From positions 3,410,001-3,474,000 of the forward strand of contig CM022668.1 of NCBI GenBank assembly GCA_012295275.1: a DNA stretch of 64,000 nt, given 5' to 3'. The position numbers and the translations under genes were made by a program. Numbering within the stretch: position 1 is the stretch's first letter; each line of letters opens with the position of its first letter. Positions 41,903-54,300 of the stretch are shown piece after piece. A model generated the notes under the pieces. That model saw only the letters and a program-made list of their open reading frames with translations. It had not been told where the DNA came from and ran no database searches. The stretch is from Chrysomallon squamiferum (lineage: Eukaryota; Animalia; Mollusca).

Positions 41903-44772
41903 CTACAAATAAACTTTGTTTGATTTAGTCACATGTTTTGTTTCCATCTCACTATTCAACTTTCCTGTTGACTTCATGTTTACAAAATAGTTGACAGTCT
42001 TGGGTGCTTCAGGAACGAAGTAGGTGTGGTCGCCTGATGACAGGCGGTTAGACCGCTTGCTTAGTGAAATGTTACGTTCGTGGAAGGGAGAGTCGATGTT
42101 GCGCGACGCACGACACTGAGCCACTTTGTATCCAATGATAAAACCAACAATAATGGAGAGAACAACTGACATGACAACCGCAATTGCCAACATTTCTGCA
42201 GTCCCAAAACCTGATGCCATGTAGGTCTTTTGTTCTTCAACTTCAGGTCCTGAAAATAATCAAAATATATGTATTAAAATAAATGGAAAATTAACAAAAC
42301 AAAATCCAGTCAAAAGTCTCTCAATTGTTGGCCAAATGCTTGAAATCCTATGTTTGATGTTAATTAATATGAGTGAAGAGATGAATGATGTTTGGAAGTT
42401 GATGATCATTTCAGGTACTTAAGCAGAACTAATTATTTCAGTTTTTACGGATCAGAATTAATTGTGTTTGTTATTTTTAATTATACGTCACTGGAACAGC
42501 TACTGAAAGTCATGTATTTAATATAACATCACTGTTTGTGTGTGTGTGTGCAGTTATGATACCTGGCTTGAACACACATAAACCTAATAATAATGAATTA
42601 ACAGGTTCTTGCTTGATTTTCTTCTTTCTTAATTCTAATAAATTCATTTGTTTACTTTAAAAATAAATTTTGAAAATTATCATAAACATAAAGTAACAAA
42701 AATAACTGTTTCATTAATTACAACCAGTCAGAAATAATCTTATGTTGATGAAGTAAATTCAGCTACAAGTTTGTCTAAATGAGTATTTGTCTGACAACCA
42801 ATCACACGGTGTAAACACAGCGGACATTTGTTTTCTACACAGGTTATGCATATTTACCTTGCATTCTACAAAACAAAACACAAATGTTAACCCCTATATA
42901 CTGTAAATGCTTGGGTAAATTCCAAACATGATTTCTTATTTACAATATAGATCTAGATTATAATTTTTGAACTCATTAGTTTCTTTCATTTATATGTTAA
43001 AAAAAAATAAAAATAAAAATGTTAAGCTTTATTGTGGGTGGTATATTATCTTTCTAACTGATTCAAAATGTTATTAATTATTGTTTTTTGTTTTTTTACC
43101 CAAAGATACTTATCAATTTACATGAAGGATTTATATGGCAAGACAATACAGCTGCAGCTCATGCAGCCTTTACACAATGGCATATTAAAAGAGGTTAAGT
43201 TGCTAGTGAAGGGTTTGATATCACTGAAATATGTATCTGAAATTAAGAAGAAAGAGAAGAAAACATAACTGAAATTAAAATTATATAGTTTTTGCTGTTT
43301 CAGTTGGATAGAGCAGCACTAAAAAGTCAATAGTAACTAGATGTATATGTATTTATTAGGAATTTCCACATTCCTGCCCATTTACAAAAGGCTGCTATGT
43401 GTACTAATATAACTTTAAAATATATATAAAATAAATACAACAATAATAATAAATACTCCCTCAAATCACTTAATAACAATTTTAAAATTTGTAGTTTATC
43501 AGTGTTACTAATGTAAAACTGACCCATCTGCTCAGTATCCTGACACTATTTAAATTGTCTGTGAAACATCAACTAAAACATCTACTGAGACTACATACTG
43601 GCTGGAGTAGAGACTAAGGAAATCATGCACATTAGATATTTACTTATTGAAATACAACAACAATGACAACAATAATAAAACTAAATATTTGAATTAACAT
43701 ACTAAAAAAAAGCCCAATCCCCCCACGCAAAAAAAAATAAAAAATAAATAGATTAAAATAATAAATAAATAAATAAATCTTTTTAGATATTATTTTTTTA
43801 TAACTGAAATATTTCCTAATATCAAAGAAAGACTGCATGCAAGATGAAGCTAACTTTAAGTGATATTTCTATTTTTGTTTGAAACAGATGCTGAATGTCA
43901 TTTACAAGATCCAGTTTCAGTGTACTATTTTGTTAACATGAATATTGGTTTCAATATCTAGCTTCTTTGATATCCAACACCTTCTACCGTTCCTATTTCA
44001 TTTAGTCATTCATCTCTTTAATCTTTCCTTTCTTTTGTTTTGTTCCTTCTTTCATTTCCCCAGATGTGTAAGTCATTTGATTTTTTAGTCATTCATTTAG
44101 TTGAACTTGTGTTCACATAGTTGTTATAATTTCCTCAACCAAAAGCACAGGCTTTAATAAATGTTAAAATTATTATCATTATTTATTTCATTAATTCATT
44201 CATTTATCTTTTAAGTTATTCCTAGAAAGCAAGGCTAAAATGCAGCACTAACATGTTAATTATGACAGAGTTACTACAGGTGACTACCAAGCACCTCATA
44301 ACAGCTGAACATTGCCATTGTGAAAGAGGACTACACAAGAACAAGCAGTTTGTCTTACCATTTCCTTGTGAGTTTCCCTCCTCTCCATAGTGAGAACCCC
44401 AGTCATCCTTAGCTGTATCGCGGATCACTGACTCTGTCAGGAAAATAAGCAACTTGTATAATTAATAATGGTGACAAGAAGTAGAACAAAAAAAGGAATT
44501 AATATCAAATCCAAAAATAAAAATAAATGAGAAAAATTAAAAATTAGTTTAATATTGAACAGAAGAAACATAAAATAACTAATAACTGAACTGAAGAAAG
44601 AAACAAATATGAACCTATAAAAAGAGATGTGAACTAAAAGTTAAAACTCAACAATGGTTTTAAGAAGTGTAGATTAATTCTTTTTAAATAATATTATTAG
44701 TGCATGATATCAAATGTCCATGCTTAATTTTTATCAGATTCTGAAATTCTTCTGTCAGTATATAATTAAATG

Positions 44773-44812
<40 letters not shown>

Positions 44813-47800
44813 GAAGAACTGATTACATGTGATAGACTGATTCAAAATACTGAAAGGAACATGCTGAGTTAGTATAGGATCAAAAATAAAAAAACTCAAA
44901 AATTATAAACTCATGCAGGTTTTAGTTTGATGACAGTTTAGGATTCAGAATTTTATTAATTTATAAACAGGTGGGTGCAAAAGTAGGTATACAGTAACCA
45001 TATTTTATTTAAATTAATAAATAAAATAAAAAATATGTTTAATGACACTCAAAATAAAAAAAATGAGTCCAACTAATTTAATGTGCTGCTGAATTCACTG
45101 ATGTGATACTACTGTATACCTACTTTTGCAACCCCCCATATATACTTTTTTTTTTTAAAATTAATTATTTATTTATTTACTTATTTATTTTATTATTATT
45201 ATTTTTACTTTATTTTGAAGTTAAGACTATTATAAATTCTTGTCTATTTTGATTTAGTATTCTTCAATGCCAGATATCATAACTAACCATTTTTTAAAAT
45301 GGATGAGTTTTCCTTGAGTTGTTCTTTAGGAGGTGCTACTGTGGGACACACACACACTCCCGGAAGCTGGGGGGTGAGTGTTGTGCTAACCATGGTTGGG
45401 GCTTTGGCTTTAGAAACAAGAAGAAACAAAACATAAAAAAATGAAAATGAAAACAATAAAACTGAAAATAAAAAATAAATAAGTGACCCTGTAACCTTAT
45501 AAAACAAAAGAAGGTAGTGGCAGTCAAAATGTTAAATTTTAAATGTTTTGTTCTGTTATTCAGTTCAGTACAAGCAGACGAAAGAAAATCAGATTGATGT
45601 GTATATTATAGGCATATAAACACTGCTTTGTAAATTATTTTGGAAACATTGGTATTTTTGACATTAGGTGACCAACCTCATAAAAAAGCATCTAGTGTCA
45701 AAACTGTTTACAAAATTAATATTTCTTTAACAAAATCTTCACTATAATAATGATATACAATAAATTCATATATCTAAGAATGTTTTTCTAACAATCTAAT
45801 GACAGCAGGAATTGTGACACATTCCAAGTTCTCTGTGAATTGCTGAAGCTTTCATTTTGAATATGTTCTGGTATACTTCTAGCACTAGCAGAAAAAATTC
45901 AGTTGAATATAACTTTTCCTCTGTATGTATACAAAAACAAAATGTGTGCTAGAAAACAATATATTTAATGAATATTTTTTCACAAAATGGGTGTATTTTA
46001 GCATGCTTAAAGATTCTGTTTTAAAAGCAAATAACAGAAGCAGTTTTAATTCAAAGTGATATAATCTACAGCAGCAGTTCACTGTACCAGACCTGCTGTC
46101 ATCTTGTCAAATTAAATACACTGTTTGCTTCTGCTCATTTTGCTTGGAGTAATCTGAATGGATATTAGGAAGATCTGCCTTTGCACACAAAATCTGACAA
46201 CACTGTACAGAGAAGACATGAATGAGACTAGTTACCATTTAGTTTTAATGTTTGGAAATAAAATCAACAAATTTTAAACCTGTGCATTATTAATCACTAC
46301 ATGCTGCCACTACCTTGAACCTTTCAGTTAGCTGATCAAGACAAACTGATGTGTTATCTTGATAAACTAACAAAAACACAATGATGAACTGTTCAACAAA
46401 TCAACATCATTACAACAAAATTAACATTAATAATCAAAATGGCAACTGCAGGTTGAATATGTCTGGGTTTTGGGTCTTATTTTGTTTAAACCTAATTGAA
46501 ATTTCTTTTACACTTCAGAATTAGAAACACATTAATAATAAAATTAGTGTGGTAAATTCTGTAGACATTAGTTCCCCTTGAAATTTTTCACCCCATTTAT
46601 CATTTTCTTAAGGGTGGGGCTTGAATAAATACAGATATTTATATTGCCATGCTTTTAACAATACTACAACATTACAAATAATAATAATTATTATAAAATA
46701 ATATTTTTCAGAATATTACATTATCAATTACTTTTCAAAGTTTAAAACTCAGAATGTAAAATATAGATGCAAATATTAGAAAAACTTTGTACTGTTTCAA
46801 AGTGCTTTATGACATGCATATAAACACTGCTTTGTAAATTATTTTGGAAATATTGGAATATTGACATTAGGTGACCAACCTCATAAAAAGGCATCTACTG
46901 TCAAAACTGTTTACAATTATTAATTTATTTTCTTTAACAGAATCTTCCCTATAATAATGATATACAATAAATTCATGTTCTGAATGACATTTTAGAAATA
47001 AAATACTGAATGTGCTCTAGTCAGTAGCAACAGAAAATAATACACAGGTAGGCTTGTGAAGGTGATCAAATTGTTTTCTCTTAATTTACATTAATTTATT
47101 GCTCTGATACCTTTTAACAGGGTGAGTCACAGAAAAGAAATACATGGGATAATAAACAGACAACACTGTCATGCAACAAGTATCCTGACTGAACTAAGAT
47201 GAAGATTATTATAATAATTATAAATACCATCATGACAGACCCCATGTACTTCTGCATTCTCTATGTCTTGGAATCTGAAAACAAAGGTAATAACGATTAT
47301 CAACAAAATATTTACATTTCATTCTTCAACTGTTTCTATTTCTTTCTCTCCCCATCTCTAAAACCTCTCTCCAGTTTAATTTTGAAATTAAGATTTTCAA
47401 AAATAACCATAAAAATATTACTGAAATTTGTATTATTAATATCCAGAGACCATCTTAGACTGACCCAGAAAAAATAAACTTCAAATGTCAGCTAAACATG
47501 GTCAACCCTGTCTTGTCTCTAACTGTTCCAGTCTTATGCTTTCTTTTAACCCTTCTCTCATTTGGCTTTTCCTCTCTTTATTGACTAACTCTATACTGTG
47601 TAGACCTACATTTGTCTGTTCCGTCTGTCTATGCGTGAACATTTGAAACTGTCCCATGCACAGTATGGATCCTGTGACGTGACACACTCCACACAGGTTT
47701 TCTTCTCCTCACATCGATGTAGTGGGATTGAGACAACAGCTGTCTTGGAAACAACGATGAGCTTCTCTTTGCCATCTTTTCTAAACAACTTGAGACTGAT

Positions 47801-47927
47801 GACAGGTTGTTTGTCTTTGAACACCTGAATATCCTCAATCACCACTGTGTCTGGCTTCTTTAGTGACCCTGCCTTGTTTACAGCTTTCAGTACACGCCCA
47901 TCAACTGGCAAATAAATAAATAAATAA

Positions 47928-47966
<39 letters not shown>

Positions 47967-49063
47967 TAAGTATAATATTAATAATAATATTATTTTAAGA
48001 ACATGAAATTATGGCTATGTATGTTTCACTTTATCCATCTCTCAACCACCCACTAACCAGTCAGTCAGTCAGTCAGTCAGTCTGTCTGTCTGTCTGTCAT
48101 TCCCTCTGTCAAATTAAATATCTCAACCTACTTGTTCCAATGAACATGACATCATAGTATCTGTGCACTCCAGGCAGGTGCCAGTCGACTGCAATCTGAG
48201 TGAACTGAGTGCTGTAAATACCAGTAACATACAGTAATCAAAGTACAGTAATCAAAGTACAGTAATCAAAATACAATAATTCATCAAAATGCAATAATTC
48301 ATTAAAATGTTAGTAATAATAATAATAAAAACAAACAAAAAACCATATAAAACCTACAATAAAAAACAACACTACTACTACTACTGCTGCTATACTACTT
48401 CTACTACTAATAATAATATAAGGTAATTTTAAAATAAATATGAAAGGTAATTATCTTAAAATCCCAAAACTAACAACAACATAATTAAACTAATTCATTC
48501 CAATGAAAAGTAAAAATTGTTTTCCCTGAACTTTTTCGATTAAAAAAAAATAAATTCTGAACTTAGCATTGCAGGCTGAAAATATAGAAAATATTGAGCA
48601 AAATTACAGCCAATTTTGTTTTCATCTATATTTAGTTAACATCTGTTTAATTCAATCTAATTAATATCTGTCAAAACTGATAATACAGATAATAATGTCA
48701 TTTTTAAATTGGCTAACCAAATTGATAAATTAAATAAAAAATTACTTCTCCACTGAAATAATATTTAATAGAAAGTGTAACAAAAGTGTGGTCAATCAGA
48801 CTTTACAAAGGATGGTCAGTGAGGTGACCAAGCTGACCAATGACACTAATCTAAACTTGTGAAATCACACCTGACTTCTTTCACAGCCTCACTCCAAATA
48901 TGTAAGTGTCATGGCTCCCATTGCCATAACAACACCTGCATTTCTAATGGTACTGTTTTCTCAACAAACATTTCAGGTTTGGAAACCATCCTGGGGCTAC
49001 AGCAAGAATAATCTGATTTTGGTGTAGTGGTTTGTGTCATTTATAACTCCCCATACACAAGAA

Positions 49064-49097
<34 letters not shown>

Positions 49098-51329
49098 GCC
49101 TAGAATTATGGAAACTGCTGCTGCTAATAACAATAACAAAACTACAACAACAACAACAAACATAATAAAAATAATAATTATAATAGTAATTCATTAAATC
49201 ATAGATAAATAATCATTGTTTTGATGTTTATCATATTTCATTTGATTTGACACTCTACTGATTATGTTAAATAAATAAATTAAGTCCAGATTTACAATAG
49301 TTAATTACTTTTCATTGTGTACACTTCTACATATAAAAGGTGACTTACTCAAAGCTGGCGTGTATTATAAGAGGAGAACCACCCATGGCTGGTACAGCCT
49401 CGTCCATGAGGGGGTGAGTCTTGATGAAGTCAAGAACTACTTCATTTTTTGTGGAGCTGTTGTTGATACACTGAAGACAAAAATCACAATCGTTATTACA
49501 TATTTCTCTCTGCACATTTTATGGATTGTGCTTCACTGGTGAGAAGCATGATAGACCACAGATTCACAATTCATTAGTGGATTCACTAGACTTTTTCAAA
49601 TTCCAGCTTGAACTCTATGAGTGGTTTATTAATATTGGACATAGTTTCCCGTTATCATTAATGAGAGGTCAAAGGCATCAAGTGGCCAAATTCTATGACT
49701 TCTCATGCTAAATTACAGCAAAAATGTATGATGTATAATTAATATACTTTATATAGTCTGTTTAACATTTCTTGACATGATTTTACAAGAAAAAGAAAGA
49801 TATCATTTAGCTGAAATAATTATAATGATACAATCTGCTGATCACATTAAATATTCATTTTCTTTACTTACACAATGGAATAAAAATATACAGTAATTAA
49901 CTTTAAATCAAACAACCAAAATCCGATTTCTTTTAAGTTACTAACTTGTCCAGGGTGTGGCTTGGGTGTGACTTCCAAAGGTATGGACAGCCAGTTGTGT
50001 CTCACTGTTTCCTGTCCTTTGAAATGAGACTGAAACACTTTGATGATGTCAGAATATCTGAATGCACAGACTGCTGAGGCACGAATGCTATTTCTAGAAA
50101 TTTGAAATTATTCAAATATAATTTTTTTTTTTAAAGTTAATAATAAATCACTATTTTAATTTCAACATTATTTAGCAAAGACATGAAACACATACATATT
50201 ATAAACCATTATTTACTTATTTGTAAATCACCACTACAATATGGTATGTATTATGAGTCAGTAATACAGTTTGTATTTTGAATCAGTAATGTGGTATACA
50301 TAATAAATCAGTAATGTGGTATACATTATAAATCAGTAATGTGGTATACATTATATATCAGTAATGTTTATACATCATAAATCATTAATGTGGTATACAT
50401 TATAAATCAGTAATGTGTTATACATTATAAATCAGTAATGTGTTATACATTATAAATCAGTAATATGTTATACATTATAAATCATTAAGTAATGTGGTAT
50501 ACACCATAAATCATTGATGTGGTATACATTATAAATCAGTATATTTTATACATTATAAATCGGTAATATGGTATATATTATAAAACAGTAATATGGTATA
50601 TATTATAAATAAGTAATACGGTATTCATTAAAAATGATTAACTCATACTTACTGAGGTGTAGTAAAAACTGCATATATCATGTCAGTAACACCATTGTTT
50701 TTACCTCCTGGTATAAAGTTACCATTTCCAAACTCAGTTGTGCCTTCTGTTAAACAACAATAACAACAGTGTTTACAATAAAAGCAACAGAATAATAAAG
50801 ATTATTACTAAACAGAAGAGTTGATGAGCACAGTAATCTTAGAAATGTTTTGTTTCATTGTTATGATTTATTATTAGCCAAAATTGGTTACTAGCATTAA
50901 GTGAAACAAAGAACTGTTTTGAGATTACATGTTTCAAAGATAAATGAAACTTAATAACTGAGTGTGTGGAACATGCAGACTTACGTAATTCATCGAAGTA
51001 GAAAGGGTATTCTCCTGGAAGAGAACAGTTCAGTCGAGCTTTGAAAAAGGAAGTCCAAGAAAACTGGTCATATTTTCCTCCACGGTCTGACTTACAAACT
51101 CTTGCCACTCGAGAGAAAATTGCCTGGAATCAATAAATAGTTCAGTGTTTTGAAATGAAATAAATATTTCATATGAAGAACAGAATTCAATTTTATTATT
51201 TGGTTTGTCTGGTTTCTTACTAATAATAAGAATGAAGGATTTTTTATTATGAATATGGATGATATTATAGTTAGTGAATATAGATAACAAATAATATACA
51301 AACACACTTAGAAACAGCTAGAAATGGAT

Positions 51330-51363
<34 letters not shown>

Positions 51364-54300
51364 CCACTCTTTCAAGTTAATCACTTTTACCTTTCCACAG
51401 TTGATGTGTTCTGTAGCAGTTTCTCGGAAGAAGAAATATATTTTATCATCTTTATCAAAGGAACTCACAAAATTAGGATCTAAAATATGAAAAAAAAAAA
51501 AAAATTATATGTTTGAAAAATTAAAAAAACCTGTTAGAAATAACCACATATTTTGGATTTCCTATTTGCTTACTTATTTATATTTAAAATTCTATCTTTT
51601 AACCATTACATGCTGCTGAATTTCAAAACAGTCAGCTGTATTGGATTTTTATAATGTTAAAAGTAACAATTATGCAAATAGTTTGTATTTTCAAATTTTA
51701 AAACATCTTACCATTCAACCACCTAGAGTCATACTGCTCAGTTCTCAGCTGATGGTTGTTGTCATAGATGATGGAATCACGTCCTATGAGGTCTGTCACT
51801 GTTGCTGTATATAAGCTGTCATCTGGAATGAATGAATGATTTTATTATGAATGTGGATGACATTATTTACATAAAAGAGAAAAGCCACTACAGTAATAGC
51901 TCTTATTAATTGGTAATCAGGGAAATTTTATATTTATAGGCAGATAGCACATACCTCATTTTTAATAAACCAGCAGTAATGTATGTATGTAACAAATGTT
52001 TGGCTATGTGTGTCTGTACTGTGCTTTAACAGTTTTATTAAAAAAGAAAATAGATGAAACAGAAGATGAAGAAGAAAAATATTTAAAAAAAAAGGAAAAA
52101 AAAGAAAAAGAAAAGATAACAAGAATAATAATAATAATAATGATAATAATAATAAAAACTAAAAATTAATTAATAAAAACAAAAACAATCTAAGAATTTT
52201 GAACAACTGTAATGTTTATTTGACAGATGAAATGAAATATAAATATATTCATAGATTCACCAAATCTTTATTTTAATACATTACAACATTTATTCTACCA
52301 GCCAGCCTGCTTAACCCTTTCTGAGTTAAAGCAGTAACTCATTAGTCTCACATGTATGCAGTCTGTTCATGTGCCCCTAAGGGGTTAACCCTTATTAACC
52401 ATGCAAATCAAAAATAAAGTTGATTTACTGAGCTCCCTTTGCCACTTCTATTCCCTGCCTGAGATTTCATTTATTCTTTCAGGAAAGATAGTGTCCCCAG
52501 GGGCCAGAATGGGGGGAAGTCAGTGGTCAGTCCTTTGTGGTTGAGTGATCACGTGCGGGAGGCTATGCTACAATAAAGTTAATCATCAGCTTTCATTAAC
52601 ATTAAAGGTGCATTATTTATGGGCAACCTTCGCAGTTCAGACATTAATAACTCTGGGATGATTTAAAGCCAGGATTTCAACCCTGACTATAAATTTTCTG
52701 TTTCCTCCTCTCTTGTTTTACAGGTTAGCAGGTTTGATCCTTTATCAACAGGATGCTGTTACTCAGTTTTTAATTTTCTCATCTCTCCTGCAGCACACAT
52801 CTACAAGAGCTGCAGGGTTTTATTCACACACACCACACTGGTCAGTTCTTATCTGTATCACATTTCATACACACCACAATGGTCAGTTGTATAGATAAAC
52901 AGTATTTAAAGACATCTCAATATAAAAGAAGAAACCTGGTATCATAAGTAATTTCTAGCAATTATTAGCATCAAATACACACACATCCACATACATAAAA
53001 CTCATAACAAAGCCTTTAATTAACCAGAATGAGACAATGGTGGGAACTGTGTAAACAGAATGGAATGTATCTTTACATCTCATTATATTATTATTTTTAA
53101 ATAAAAAAGTATATTCCTTTTTGGAAAAGATAATTCATTAACATAAGCTGTAGAGAGTTGTAATTAATTCCTTTCATGTTTCATCTCTGACATCAAACTA
53201 ACAGTTTTAACTTTCATTAACTGAAAATATGAGAACACAAAAGAAAAATAAGCAGCTAGAAAATTAAAAAGGAAACTTAATGATGAAATAAAAAGATAAA
53301 GGCCAGCTCTAGTCACTGATGAAACACTGATATGAAATATGACTCAGGATCCATCCTCCATATTCCTGTTCCAACCAGTTCTCTGATTAATCAATGTGTT
53401 TTATTTCCTGTCTGTGTGATGGTAGATATAAAATATCCTTTGCTGCTGACTAAAAACAAGAGTAGCCCATCATGTTAAAGCAGCAGGTTTCCTATCTGAA
53501 TTTTTGATGATATAAACTTGATCAACAGCAAGGTATAAATGTGCTGAGTGTGTCATTAAATGTCACAAGTTTTCCTTTCTCATCCAGACCCTTTCATGCT
53601 ATAGAAGCAAATTTTAAAATACCCAATCCATCAACAGATCCAGCATCTCTCTCCTTTTACCACAATAACAAGATGATGATAAAATCAGTATAAATAACTG
53701 ACTGCCTTTAATTAAAGATAGATGAGAAGTTTCCTTTAAATCCTCGTGAATAAACAATCCCATTAACTGAAGCAGAAATAACAACCTCTTTTTAATTAGG
53801 TCATTTATAGTGTCCATGACAATGGTCATCTCAGTGTCCTGCCTCAAGCTTGACCAGTGAACCTTTATTGCAAATTAAAGGCTTCTTCTTTCAAGAAGAT
53901 CAATTAAAATGTGATATGAAATTCTCTCATCATTAGCATTGTCTTCAGATGTGTGAATTCAGTTACATAATAATAAATAATAAATACATATGACAGCAGT
54001 ATTAAAAAATTTATGTTTTTGTGACTTGTATACATGTATTACTAGTATCATGTACTATGGTGTTGTTGTTTACTAACACATATTGCTGTACTATGGTGTT
54101 GTTGTTTACTAACACATATTGCTGTTGCTAACACATGTTGTACTATATGGTGTTGTTTACTAACACATATTGCTGTACTATGGTGTTGTTTGCTAACACA
54201 TATTGCTGTACTATGGTGTTGTTTACTAACACATATTGCTGTACTATGGTGTTGTTTACTAACACATATTGCTGTACTATGGTGTTGTTGTTTACTAACA

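Noticed and set aside
52311-52388. TTAA-CCC...GGG-TTAA piggyBac-like miniature
   Set aside because: The inverted repeat is only ~3-5 bp and could arise by chance.
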